From an uncultured Prevotella sp. (lineage in GTDB: Bacteria; Bacteroidota; Bacteroidia; Bacteroidales; Bacteroidaceae): a stretch of 37,095 nucleotides of DNA. The translations under genes were made by a program, and so were the position numbers. The DNA lies in contig ONMG01000239.1 of NCBI GenBank assembly GCA_900318855.1, positions 1 through 37,095 on the forward strand, given 5' to 3'. The notes below the pieces were generated by a model. It did no database searches. It saw only the letters and a list, made by a program, of their open reading frames with translations, and was not told where the DNA came from. Shown here piece after piece: positions 25,993-36,176 of this stretch (position 1 is its first letter; every line of letters begins with the position of its first letter).

Positions 25993-26892
25993 TTACTCTA
26001 GTGCGAAACGCACTGGAACGCGGAGGCGTATAGTGATATTCCTTCCGTTGACTTGCGCCGGCTTCCATGCAGGCATGGACTGCACCACGCGCAAGGCCTC
26101 CTGCTTCAACGCACCAATGGCCACTTGGACATCTGTCTTTTCGCTTTCAGACAGGTTGCTATGCTTCTTCCTCGGAAGCACAGAGTAATTGCTTTCTGAA
26201 CTGACTTCAGGAGAAAAGACTTTTCCGTCCTTATCCACCTTGAATTTCACGACAACACGACCCTGAACGCCGGCTTTCTGAGCTGTCTTCGGATAATGGA
26301 GATTGTCAGCAATATACTTGGTGACATTCTTAAATTCAGGCATCATAAACTTCGTAATCTTTCCGGCTTGAATAAGACTGTCAATCGTTGCACGCAGGCG
26401 TTTTACCTCAACTGTGCCTAAGACAACTTTGCCATCAGGGTCAATAAGATAGAGGGTAGGTATCCACTTCACGTTATAGAGGCTGTCTATCTTCGTTCCG
26501 CGTTTCCATTTCTTCAGTTCGCTGAGTTGCGTCCACGCCATCTCGTTCTTTTTCACACACTTCCTCCATGCTGTAGAATCGGTGTCGAAGGAGATCCCGG
26601 TAATCCATACACCGTACTCTCCATAGTCCTTGGCAATGGCTTTCATCTTGGGAATGTCCTTGCGGCAGTCGGGGCACCATGAAGCCCAGAAATCCAGAAT
26701 CTGATAAGAACCGTTTTTCTCACGTAATTCCGACAGGCTTAATTCGCCTCCATCAAGGGAATGGATTCTCATGTCAGGAGCCTGTGTTCCCGGGCTTAAC
26801 AGCCCTACTGCGTACTTGGCATCAAGCTCTTGCGCTTGTGTCGAAACAAAGCCGCACAGAAGCAACATAGTTGATAAAAACAACTTTTTCAT
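25993..26892 (-). CDS. TlpA/redoxin thiol-disulfide oxidoreductase fused to a TonB C-terminal domain
   Basis: Signal peptide TQA|Q, APD, LDFWASWCPDC, WIPTLYLIDPDGKV; then MPEF...LHYPKTAQKAGVQGRVVVKFKVDKDGKV...EALRVVQSMPAWKPA...VPVRF. Confidence 0.88.
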   Translation of the reverse strand: MKKLFLSTMLLLCGFVSTQAQELDAKYAVGLLSPGTQAPDMRIHSLDGGELSLSELREKNGSYQILDFWASWCPDCRKDIPKMKAIAKDYGEYGVWITGISFDTDSTAWRKCVKKNEMAWTQLSELKKWKRGTKIDSLYNVKWIPTLYLIDPDGKVVLGTVEVKRLRATIDSLIQAGKITKFMMPEFKNVTKYIADNLHYPKTAQKAGVQGRVVVKFKVDKDGKVFSPEVSSESNYSVLPRKKHSNLSESEKTDVQVAIGALKQEALRVVQSMPAWKPAQVNGRNITIRLRVPVRFALE

Positions 26893-29800
26893 TTCGTTTC
26901 TCGTTTCTTTTGAATCTTTGATTTCTTCTTATTGGTTTTCTTTTTCAGACCGAAGAGGTCGCGCCAGCCACTAAAGTCCTTCTTGACGATGAGGCCAATA
27001 CCTTGAGTAGTGAGGCTGTTGCGGGTGAAATAGCGGTCGTTGGTTTGATTGTAGACCTTAATGGCCAGGTTGCCGTTGGGCAGCAACAGGTAGCGAAGGT
27101 CGAAATCGCCGATGAATGATGTTGTGGCATTCGCATTGTCGCGGTAGCCAAATTGTCCGTTGAATACGAGCCGGTTGTTTAGCATCCGGCCACTGAGCAG
27201 CCCCTCATATTCCGCATTGTAGAAGCCTTCGTTTCCCGTCGAGATATTGGCACCGAAGTTCCAGTTGGTGTTGTTTACCACGGTCGACAGCACATTATTG
27301 AGCTGTTGGGAGAGGGTGCCCGATAGGATGCTCTGCATGGCCAGTGATGTCTGGCTCTGGCGTGTAGCTCCCTCGATGTGCTGGTTATTGTTACCTTGTG
27401 AAATGAACTGCCCGACGGCCAGCAGATAGAGCACTTGCTGGTTCATCTCTTCCTCGCTGTTGATGAGACTGTAAATCATCTGTTTGGCATTGCTGTTCAC
27501 CGTCGGGAAGTCGAGTGAGAAGTCGATCTTGGGCGAGGCCGGCGTTCCGGTGATGTCCATGATGCAGTCGACACGCGTATTGTTGGCCGAGAACGACTTT
27601 CCCACATTCAGGTCGGCGAGGCTGACTCCGTTCACGGTGTAGAGTGCTTTCAGATTGAGGGCTGCGTTGTAAGGGTCGCCACCGAAAGCGATGGTGCCAC
27701 CCTGCCGGAACTGGAAGTCTTTCTTTATGACATGCTGGATGGTGAGCTTATAGATGCCATGGTCGACGACATAATTGCCGAACATGTTGAACGACCCTTT
27801 GTTAAAGTAGGAGGCGCGCAGCGTCCCGTCGCCCAAGAGCTGGATGTAGTCGCCTGTCTGCTCATCGGTTATCACCTTGAGCGCAGCGTCGGGTGTACAA
27901 TTGATGACGAAGTTGATATGGATATCGGTGGGGAAGTCGTTGGCCTCTTCTATGTTATGACGCATGCTGTCGGTGGGGTGGTGGGTCAGCAGAGAGTCAC
28001 GTGAGGTCCAGTGAATGAAATCCTGCTCGCCGACGCTGCTTGCCGAGCTTGTGTTGTAGACGAAGACTGATTCCCGTCTCGGTGTGGCATTCACATTGAT
28101 GTCCACCTCGCCGGGGCGTCCTTTGATGGAGCATTCGCCGTCGGCAAAGACGGTGCCGCAGAAAGAGTTGCCGCCAAAGGTCTTCTGGTCGAAGCTCAGC
28201 AGATTGTGTGCCTTAACGTCGAGGTCGTAGCTCAGGTGGGTGAGGTGCTTGTGGTGGATAGCTCCGGTGAGCAACCCATGGTTGCCGTTGCGGTCGGTCA
28301 CGGTGTCGTTGTCGAAGATGATTTCGTCGGGAATCATCCGGATGCTGGCCTTGCGCATGGAGTAGGTGGTGCCGAGCGGAGTGATGCTGAGGCAGCCGTC
28401 GGCAGTAGCCATACCGGTGAGATTGATGTTGCTCAGGTCGCCGCTGAGGCGGATGTTGCCGTTGGCGCTGGCATCCATGCGGTCCATGAAGCTGTCGCAG
28501 AGCTTCTGAACGAACTCGAGCCGAGAGCGGTTCATGGCGATGTCGAGGTCGATGAAGTTGCGGGCTGGTGACACGTAGCCCTTGATGTCGGTGCGGCGCC
28601 CATAGTAGGCTTGCAGACCGTTGCCGATGGTGTCGTTGGCGGTGGCATTGATGTCGATTTGTTTGTCTGTCGGGTTCCAGTTTACTTTGGCATCGAGCCA
28701 TCCCATGCGACCGTCCTCGAAGGTGAAGTCGCTGACTCTCAGATTGGCGGCCGCCTGTGGGTGGCGGAACACTCCGGCCACGAAGGCACTGCCCGTGGCC
28801 TTGCCCCCGAAGTCGACGGAATGGAAGTTTACGAGGTTGAGCACGTAGCTCACGTCGATGTCCTTCAGTTCCACAAAGATGGAATCATCGGCACTGGCCG
28901 TTGCCCTACCGTTGGCGATGAGATGCTGATAGCCGTGGCGAATCTCGAAATGGTCGACGTTGATGTCGTTTTTACTGTAGACCACATGGGATGGCTGCAC
29001 TTCCCAAAGCGAGTCGCCCACAGTGATATTCGAGGGCAGGAAGCTGAGCCGGGCTGCCGTGATGCCATTGGGTTTGCGGAAGAATTCAGTCGATGCGTTC
29101 ACCGTGCCGTGGATGGGGTGGTCGGTGTCGGGAGCGCTGAACCGGAGTGAGCTCATCAGCTGGTTGTCGGCTGCCGAGGCCTTCAGCGAGTAGCGGTTGA
29201 GGCCATTGTTATCGTTTCTGAAGCTCACGCCGGCCGCAATGAGCAGTGAGTCGTTGGGGGTGTAGAGGTGGAGACTGCCTTGCTGATAGCGCTTGCCGTC
29301 ATAGTCGATGTCGGGTAGCGTCATGGTGAGGTCGAGCTGATGGGTGCTTTCGTCCATGCTGCCGTGCAGCGTGACGGGCTGATAGATAGTAATTGGTATA
29401 CGGAGGAGCCTTCGTAGGAACTCCGTATTCCGGATGTTGGCATTGATGGCGAAGCGGTTGCGCGAGTTATAGCTGGCACTATACTTGGCCAGTGAGGGTA
29501 CCACGGCGCGCAGTCCGGGCAACTTCTTTTCAATGAATCCCAGCACGCTTTGGGGCAGTGAGCGGTAATCGAAGTTGCCATTCACCGTGAGCTGTCCGAA
29601 GTCGCTCTTCATCTCCAAGTCGTGCCGTCCCTGGGCATTGATGGTGCTCAGCCGTAGTGCGGACAGGGTGTAGGCTCCCTCATTATCGCGTGGCGAGAGC
29701 TCGAAGTCGGTGATGTTCACCGTGCCGTTGGCATTGTTGAGGTTGGAGCCGGTCAGCCGGGCATCCACATTGAAGGTCATCCATTGTCCTGGCCATAGCT

Positions 29801-31373
29801 GCGAGAGGTTCAGTGCGGCCAGGTTGAGGTGCTTCACTTGTGCCGTAAGCTTCTTCGGACTGTTGGATGCACTGGCGTAGAGTCCTGACAGGCTCACCCG
29901 GATATTGGGGTCGTTAATGTTGCCCTGTCCCTCGATGGTCAGCTGTTGCACGTTGTCAAGGTGCTTCGCGTTGGCCTTTAATTGAATGTTATGGTAGCGG
30001 TAGCCCTTGTAGTCGAATTGGCCTACCGTAGCTGTCAACACGGCTTTGTCGGGGCGGTTGCCGTTGAGCAGTGCTTCGGCCGACAACTGTGCGGAGGCAA
30101 TGCCCCATTGGTCGTTGTTGAAGAGGGTCTTGAGATTGGCATTGCTGACTGAGGCGAGTACCGACAGCTTGTTGTCGTGTCGGCCGATGTGGAAGCGGGC
30201 GTTACCCACATTGGAGGCCATGCTGCCTGCCAACGAGGTGTTGCGACCGTAGCCCCCTATGCGTCCCACGAAGACGACGTTGCCCAAGCGGTTCCAAGGC
30301 GTGAGAGGCGCAGAGGTGCCAAGCAGGCGCTGCAGCCCTTCGGTGCGGATGCTCAGCCGTCGGATGCGGGCAGCCCACTGGGGAGCAGCAGTGAAATTGC
30401 TCACGGAGCCGTCGGCCAACAGGGCTATTTCCTGACCTTGGGTGCTCAGCCGCAAGTCGCTGACCCTCAGATAGGTTGATGTTCCGCTGAAAGCGATGTT
30501 GAAGAGTATTGGCTCCGACAGCTTCTTCAGTTTTCTCATTATCGGGGCCATGTCGGATAGTGTGATATGCGAATCCTTCACTTGGCCTTGGTAGGAGAGT
30601 GAGGGAAGCACGAAGCTGCCTTTCTCATAGCGATAGCTGGCCGACGTCTTGGGTAGGATTACTTCGGAGTGGGGCAGGCGGAGCCGCAGGTCAGTCAGGA
30701 GGGCTGCATGGTGGTCGGCCCTGAATCGGAACGACAGGTGGCGGATTCTGAGTCCTGACGACTCGTCCATTCTTAAGTTCTTAACTGTCAGATTGATGGA
30801 GTCGTTGGTTAATGTGCTGAGTACGATGTGCCCACTGATGTTGCTCACCTTGAGATGATGAGTGTCGAAGTCATTGAGTCGGGGCTTGTCGAGTTGATCG
30901 TAGCTCACCTCGCCATGCCGGATGATGAGCGAATGTAGGGTCAGGTCGAGGCGGCTGGGCTTTGAAGGTTGCTTGCTGGCAAGCGAATCGATGACAAACT
31001 GGAAGTTCATGGGGCTCTCGGCATCTTTTTTGCTGAGATAGGCTCTCAGACCGAAGAGTTGAGTGGAGGAGATGGAGATGCGCCCCTGCGCCAGAGGCAG
31101 GTAGTCGAACTTCACCGACATGCGTGACGACCTCAGCATCACGTGCCCCGTCTGGTCCCATAGGGTCACATTGTCGATGATGATGCGGTTGAAGAAGCCC
31201 AAGTCAACCCGTCCTATCCTCACCTTGGTGCCGAGCTTGCGCTCCATGGCGGTGGCCACTTTGGAGCCGATAAAATCCTGTACTGCCGGCACGTGCAGCA
31301 GTACTTCTCCGCCAAGATACAGGCACGCCAATGCCCATATCAGGGTGCTGATAATATGTTTTAATCTCTTAAT
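26889..31373 (-). CDS. tamB: Translocation and assembly module TamB (AsmA-like) protein
   Basis: About 1490 aa, beta-rich, N-terminal TM anchor, TamB-type C-terminus (GGTIAFGGDPYNAALNLKA, LLNNRL-like MLNNRLVFNG, QGIGL). Start placed at ATT 31373 by inference; the ORF track starts at TTG 31331 inside the TM helix. Confidence 0.85.
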   Translation of the reverse strand: MKRLKHIISTLIWALACLYLGGEVLLHVPAVQDFIGSKVATAMERKLGTKVRIGRVDLGFFNRIIIDNVTLWDQTGHVMLRSSRMSVKFDYLPLAQGRISISSTQLFGLRAYLSKKDAESPMNFQFVIDSLASKQPSKPSRLDLTLHSLIIRHGEVSYDQLDKPRLNDFDTHHLKVSNISGHIVLSTLTNDSINLTVKNLRMDESSGLRIRHLSFRFRADHHAALLTDLRLRLPHSEVILPKTSASYRYEKGSFVLPSLSYQGQVKDSHITLSDMAPIMRKLKKLSEPILFNIAFSGTSTYLRVSDLRLSTQGQEIALLADGSVSNFTAAPQWAARIRRLSIRTEGLQRLLGTSAPLTPWNRLGNVVFVGRIGGYGRNTSLAGSMASNVGNARFHIGRHDNKLSVLASVSNANLKTLFNNDQWGIASAQLSAEALLNGNRPDKAVLTATVGQFDYKGYRYHNIQLKANAKHLDNVQQLTIEGQGNINDPNIRVSLSGLYASASNSPKKLTAQVKHLNLAALNLSQLWPGQWMTFNVDARLTGSNLNNANGTVNITDFELSPRDNEGAYTLSALRLSTINAQGRHDLEMKSDFGQLTVNGNFDYRSLPQSVLGFIEKKLPGLRAVVPSLAKYSASYNSRNRFAINANIRNTEFLRRLLRIPITIYQPVTLHGSMDESTHQLDLTMTLPDIDYDGKRYQQGSLHLYTPNDSLLIAAGVSFRNDNNGLNRYSLKASAADNQLMSSLRFSAPDTDHPIHGTVNASTEFFRKPNGITAARLSFLPSNITVGDSLWEVQPSHVVYSKNDINVDHFEIRHGYQHLIANGRATASADDSIFVELKDIDVSYVLNLVNFHSVDFGGKATGSAFVAGVFRHPQAAANLRVSDFTFEDGRMGWLDAKVNWNPTDKQIDINATANDTIGNGLQAYYGRRTDIKGYVSPARNFIDLDIAMNRSRLEFVQKLCDSFMDRMDASANGNIRLSGDLSNINLTGMATADGCLSITPLGTTYSMRKASIRMIPDEIIFDNDTVTDRNGNHGLLTGAIHHKHLTHLSYDLDVKAHNLLSFDQKTFGGNSFCGTVFADGECSIKGRPGEVDINVNATPRRESVFVYNTSSASSVGEQDFIHWTSRDSLLTHHPTDSMRHNIEEANDFPTDIHINFVINCTPDAALKVITDEQTGDYIQLLGDGTLRASYFNKGSFNMFGNYVVDHGIYKLTIQHVIKKDFQFRQGGTIAFGGDPYNAALNLKALYTVNGVSLADLNVGKSFSANNTRVDCIMDITGTPASPKIDFSLDFPTVNSNAKQMIYSLINSEEEMNQQVLYLLAVGQFISQGNNNQHIEGATRQSQTSLAMQSILSGTLSQQLNNVLSTVVNNTNWNFGANISTGNEGFYNAEYEGLLSGRMLNNRLVFNGQFGYRDNANATTSFIGDFDLRYLLLPNGNLAIKVYNQTNDRYFTRNSLTTQGIGLIVKKDFSGWRDLFGLKKKTNKKKSKIQKKRETK

Positions 31374-32262
31374 GTCGGCAAATTTACAGCTAATTCTTTG
31401 GGGAGCGAAATTTTAGGGTGCTTTTCTTTCCTTTCCGGTTCATTTTGAGGCTGTCGGCGCTCATTTGAGGAGGGCTGCTGACCTCTTTGTGGACTCACCG
31501 ACGGGGCTGCAGACAATCAGAATGAGGCCCCTGTAGGGGCGAACGTCAGTCGGCTGCCGTCATTTCCGGTGGTGGGAGCAGCTCGGTTCGGATATGATTA
31601 GCCCCACCGGCTCATCGGAAGTGGAAATAGGGGGCACAGGATATTCGTTGTGGGTTAGTTAATCGCTCTCCAATCCCAGCGCACCCGCTGAACATGAAGC
31701 AAGAACGATTACTGCTCTCTCAAGTCTGCCATGAAGTTTGGTTTCTTTGGTCCGCTGACTCTGCTGATAATCCGTTGGCGGACGGTTGGTCTGTATGGGA
31801 ATGTCCGTTTGGCACCTCCAGACCCTCTGCGATAGATAACGGTAGATACACTATCCCCCGGTCTGAGTCGGTAGCGTGCATAACTGTGTAATGGCATAGT
31901 CCGACCCCTTCGGATAGCGAGGTGACCACCGCCTCCTGAAAGAGCCTTTTGGGGGATGACGAATGGTCCAATGCGGGATGGTGTTGAGGGGCCGACACTA
32001 TGGGTCATGTGGGGTGAAAGTGGCGTTCTGGAGGGGTAAAGGCTGGGGTGACTATATGGTAATCCTATAGAAAAAGATCGTTCACTAAGCAGCGAATGAT
32101 AAAAAGCTACGTAGTGAACAATCGTTTTCCAGGCTGTAAAATCAAGAGCTGTGCGGTCGGCTGACTTTACCGTTGAAAGCAGGCATTCAGAGCCTTCGGG
32201 CTTTTCTTTTCCAAGCCCTTAAAATTTTAGGTTCTTTTCTTTTCCCTTTGACATAAATTCAG

Positions 32263-32270
32263 TAATTTTG
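32263..32270 (+). promoter_or_regulatory. -7 promoter element of the nqr operon
   Basis: TAATTTTG followed by CA, about 60 nt before ATG 32332; small GTGAG/CTCAC hairpin in the leader (32284-32297). Confidence 0.6.
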
Positions 32271-32331
32271 CAAAACGTAAGAAGTGAGTGCTCTCACAGT
32301 CAGAATACTATTTTATAAATCAATACATTTT

Positions 32332-33681
32332 ATGGCCAAAGTAATCAAGTTGCGTAAAGGTCTTGACATCAACCTTACCGGCAAAGCCAGAGAAGAGAAG
32401 GAAGTACTTCCGCTGAGCGACGAGTACGGACTCGTTCCGGACGACTTCCCCGGTCTCTCTCCGAAGGTAGCCGTGCATGAGGGCGACAAGGTCAGGGCCG
32501 GCGACGTGTTGTTTGTCAACAAGAAATTCCCCGACGTCAAGTTCTCATCGCCAGTCAGCGGCACGGTGACAGCCGTTGTCCGCGGTCTTCGCCGAAAGGT
32601 GCTTTGCGTCAAGGTAAAGGCCGACCGGGAGCAGAAGTATGTTGATTTCGGCAAGAAGGACCCCAGTGCTCTGAGTGCCAGCGAAGTGATTCAGTCGCTT
32701 CTCGATGCAGGCTTGTTCGGCTACATTAACCAGCTCCCTTACGCCATCTCCACCGAGCCGGGCACCCAGCCCAAGGCTGTGTTTATATCAGCCCTGCGCG
32801 ATAAGCCCCTTGCCGGTTCGTTCAGCTTCGAGCTGAAGGGCAATCAGAGTGCTTTCCAGGCTGGTGTCAGTGCTTTGGCCAAGATTGCCAAGGTGTATGT
32901 GGGCATAGGCCGCCAGCAGACCGAGCCTGCGCTTACCGGGCTCAAGGATGCCGAGGTCAATGTCTTCGACGGTCCTTGTCCGGCAGGCAATGTCGGAGTA
33001 CAGGTGAACCATCTTGCTCCCGTCAACAAGGGTGAGGTAGTATGGACGGTGGATGCCACGGCAGTCATCTTCTTCGGCAGGCTCTTCCTCGATGGCAGAG
33101 TGGACTTGCGCCGCACGGTGGCTGTGGCCGGCAGCGAAATCAGTCTTCCTCATTATGTGGAGACCCTTGTGGGCACGCCCCTTGCCGACATCGTGGGCAA
33201 GGAGCTAAGGCGCAAGGAGCACGTTCGTCTGCTCAATGGCAATCCCCTCACAGGGCGTGCGGCCACCTTGGAGGATTTCCTCGGAGCCCACACCTCGGAG
33301 GTGACGGCTATCCCCGAGGGCGATGACCAGCATGAGGTGCTGGGGTGGATTCGGCCGAGGCTCAATCAGTTTTCGGCCTCGCGCAGCTATTTCTCCTGGC
33401 TGTTCCCGCACCGCAGCTACGATCTCGATGCACGCGTCAAAGGCGGCCGACGCCATCTCATCATGAGCGGTGAGTACGATCGGGTGCTTCCGATGGACAT
33501 CTACGGCGGTTACCTCATCAAAGCTATCATCGCCGGCGACATCGATCGTCAGGAGCAGTTGGGCATCTATGAAGTGGCGCCCGAGGATTTTGCCGTCGCC
33601 GAGTTTGTCGACTCCTCGAAGCTGCCGTTGCAAGAGATTGTGCGGAAAGGCCTCGACACATTACGTAAAGAAAACGCATAA
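32332..33681 (+). CDS. nqrA: Na+-translocating NADH:quinone reductase subunit A
   Basis: IKLRKGLDI, SPVSGTV, GPCPAGNVG, VLPMDI, EVAPEDFA; first gene of the operon. Confidence 0.96.
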   Translation: MAKVIKLRKGLDINLTGKAREEKEVLPLSDEYGLVPDDFPGLSPKVAVHEGDKVRAGDVLFVNKKFPDVKFSSPVSGTVTAVVRGLRRKVLCVKVKADREQKYVDFGKKDPSALSASEVIQSLLDAGLFGYINQLPYAISTEPGTQPKAVFISALRDKPLAGSFSFELKGNQSAFQAGVSALAKIAKVYVGIGRQQTEPALTGLKDAEVNVFDGPCPAGNVGVQVNHLAPVNKGEVVWTVDATAVIFFGRLFLDGRVDLRRTVAVAGSEISLPHYVETLVGTPLADIVGKELRRKEHVRLLNGNPLTGRAATLEDFLGAHTSEVTAIPEGDDQHEVLGWIRPRLNQFSASRSYFSWLFPHRSYDLDARVKGGRRHLIMSGEYDRVLPMDIYGGYLIKAIIAGDIDRQEQLGIYEVAPEDFAVAEFVDSSKLPLQEIVRKGLDTLRKENA

Positions 33682-33692
33682 AACCTATACTT

Positions 33693-34853
33693 ATGTCCTT
33701 AAAGAACTATTTAGACAAGATAAAGCCGCATTTCGAGGAGGGAGGCAAGCTGCATGCACTGTGGAGCCTCTACGATGGGCTGGAGAGCTTCCTGCTCGTT
33801 CCAGATACCACGTCGAAGAACGGCTCGAGCATCCACGACCCCATCGACTCAAAGCGAATCATGAGCTTCGTGGTCATAGCACTGATGCCTGCACTGCTCT
33901 TCGGTATGTACAATGTGGGCTATCAGAATGCCTTGGCTGCCGGGAAGCTGGCTGAGACTGGCTTCTGGACCATGTTCTTCTACGGCTTCCTGGCCGTGCT
34001 CCCAAAGATTTTGGTGAGCTACATCGTCGGCCTCGGCATAGAGTTTGCCTGGGCTCAGTGGAAGCACGAGGAGATTCAGGAGGGCTACCTCGTGACGGGC
34101 ATCATCATTCCCCTCATCATCCCCGTGAACACCCCATTGTGGATTCTGGCCCTGGCTGTAGCCTTCTCGGTCATCTTCGTGAAGGAAATCTTCGGCGGTA
34201 CGGGTATGAACATCTTCAACGTTGCCATCTCGGCACGTATGTTCATGTTCTTCTCCTATCCCTCACAGATGACCGGCGACAAAGCTTGGGTAGCTACGCA
34301 GAGTATCTGCGGACTCGGCTACGACCTGCACCTGCCCGACGGTTTCACTGCCGCCACTCCGCTTGGCGAGATGGCTCAGAATGTGAATGTAAACTTCAAT
34401 TGGGACATGGTGACCGGTTTCATTCCCGGTTCCATCGGTGAGACCTCCGTTATAGCCATAGCTTTGGGCGGACTGCTGCTCATCATCACGGGCATAGCCA
34501 GTTGGAAGACCATAGTGGGCGTATTCCTCGGAGGTGGCATCCTTGGAACCATCTTCAATGCCACCGGTGCTCTGACAATGCCTTGGTATGATTACCTCTT
34601 GCTCGGAGGTTTCTGCTTCGGCGCTGTCTTCATGGCCACCGACCCTGTGACCTCGGCCCGCACCGAGACAGGAAAATGGATTTATGGCTTCATTATCGGA
34701 GCAATGGCCATTATCGTAAGAGTTATGAACCCCGGTTATCCCGAGGGAATGATGCTTGCCATCTTCTTCGGCAATATGATTGCACCACTCATCGACTATT
34801 GTGTGGTGGAACGTAACATAGCAAAGCGTGCCCGTCGCGCTGTGAACAAGTAA
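33693..34853 (+). CDS. nqrB: Na+-NQR subunit B
   Basis: DSKRIM, KEIFGGTGMNIFN, FMN site DGFTAATPL, PGSIGETS, FMATDPVT, YPEGMMLAI. Confidence 0.96.
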   Translation: MSLKNYLDKIKPHFEEGGKLHALWSLYDGLESFLLVPDTTSKNGSSIHDPIDSKRIMSFVVIALMPALLFGMYNVGYQNALAAGKLAETGFWTMFFYGFLAVLPKILVSYIVGLGIEFAWAQWKHEEIQEGYLVTGIIIPLIIPVNTPLWILALAVAFSVIFVKEIFGGTGMNIFNVAISARMFMFFSYPSQMTGDKAWVATQSICGLGYDLHLPDGFTAATPLGEMAQNVNVNFNWDMVTGFIPGSIGETSVIAIALGGLLLIITGIASWKTIVGVFLGGGILGTIFNATGALTMPWYDYLLLGGFCFGAVFMATDPVTSARTETGKWIYGFIIGAMAIIVRVMNPGYPEGMMLAIFFGNMIAPLIDYCVVERNIAKRARRAVNK

Positions 34854-34870
34854 ACAGGAGACAACTGATT

Positions 34871-35515
34871 ATGAAATTGAATACAAACAGCAATAGCTAT
34901 ACGATGGTCTACTCCATCGTGCTCGTGGTTATCGTCTCGTTTCTGCTTGCTTTCGTCTATGTGGCTCTGAAACCGCAGCAGGATAAGAACGTTGCCCTCG
35001 ACCAGAAGAAGCAGATACTGAATTCGCTCAACCTTCGTGGTCTGTCTGATGCTGAGGCTGAGGCTACCTATAATAAGGTGGTGCGCGAGGACTCCATCGG
35101 CAATAAGCATTATTACAACTGTCTGGTCAAGGGACAGCGTGTGGTGGTCTTCCCCCTTAAAGGTATGGGCCTCTGGGGAGGCATCTCCGGATTCATTGCC
35201 GTGAACGCATCGGATATGAACACTGTCTACGGAGTGTACTTCAATCATGAGAGCGAGACGGCCGGACTCGGTGCAGAAATCAAGGACAATGTGCAGTGGC
35301 AGCAGAAGTTCATCGGCAAGAAGCTCCACCAGGGCGGCTCGAAGCAGATTGCGCTCGGAGTGAAGAAGAAAGTCGACGACAAGGCCACGCAGGTGGATGC
35401 CGTAACCGGTGCCACCCTCACCTCCAATGGCGTCGACGCAATGCTTAAGACCTGTCTTTCAGAGTATAACCTTGACGCTGTCAGCAAGGCTGTGCAGCTG
35501 TCAGCATCCAAATAA
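34871..35515 (+). CDS. nqrC: Na+-NQR subunit C
   Basis: N-terminal TM, GLWG, ETAGLGAEI, FMN site VDAVTGATLTS. Confidence 0.95.
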   Translation: MKLNTNSNSYTMVYSIVLVVIVSFLLAFVYVALKPQQDKNVALDQKKQILNSLNLRGLSDAEAEATYNKVVREDSIGNKHYYNCLVKGQRVVVFPLKGMGLWGGISGFIAVNASDMNTVYGVYFNHESETAGLGAEIKDNVQWQQKFIGKKLHQGGSKQIALGVKKKVDDKATQVDAVTGATLTSNGVDAMLKTCLSEYNLDAVSKAVQLSASK

Positions 35516-35523
35516 GTACGACT

Positions 35524-36150
35524 ATGGGTATATTTTCAAAACAGAATAAGGAGGCTTTCCTGCAGCCGATCAACCTGAATAACCCCATCATGGTGCAGGT
35601 GCTCGGTATTTGCAGTGCGCTTGCCGTCACTACGCAGTTGAAGCCAGCCATCGTCATGGGCCTTGCCGTTACGGTGATAACGGCATTCAGCAATGTTATT
35701 ATTTCTCTCATCCGCAAGACGATACCTAACCGCATCCGCATCATCGTGCAGCTGGTGGTGGTGGCCGCCTTAGTGACCGTCGTCAGTCAGCTGCTCAAGG
35801 CTGTAGCCTACGATGTGAGTGTGCAGCTCTCGGTCTATGTGGGTCTCATCATCACCAACTGTATCCTGATGGGACGTCTCGAGGCTTTTGCCATGACCAA
35901 CAAGCCGTGGCCCTCCTTCCTTGACGGTCTGGGCAACGGTCTGGGTTATGCCCTTATCCTCATCATTGTAGGTGCCTTCCGCGAGTTCTTCGGCCGTGGC
36001 ACCTTGCTTGGCTTTACGATTATTCCTCACGGATGCTATGAGGCTGGCTACATCAACAATGGCATGATGACCATGCCTGCCATGGCGCTCATTCTTGTGG
36101 GATGTGTCATCTGGGTACACAGAGCCTATTTCAATAAAGAAGCTAAGTAA
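35524..36150 (+). CDS. nqrD: Na+-NQR subunit D
   Basis: [36 protein letters not shown]. Confidence 0.96.
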   Translation: MGIFSKQNKEAFLQPINLNNPIMVQVLGICSALAVTTQLKPAIVMGLAVTVITAFSNVIISLIRKTIPNRIRIIVQLVVVAALVTVVSQLLKAVAYDVSVQLSVYVGLIITNCILMGRLEAFAMTNKPWPSFLDGLGNGLGYALILIIVGAFREFFGRGTLLGFTIIPHGCYEAGYINNGMMTMPAMALILVGCVIWVHRAYFNKEAK

Positions 36151-36176
36151 TCAACAGTTTTCATGGATTTATAGTT

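Noticed and set aside
31503-31531. GGGGCTG as a tmRNA 5' end
   Set aside because: No following TTCGAC/TTTGAC motif and no tRNA-like 3' end with CCA.
31694-32008. Short ORFs of 65, 92 and 99 aa in the tamB-nqrA spacer
   Set aside because: They overlap each other, lack AT-rich start contexts or nearby promoters, and show no recognisable domains.
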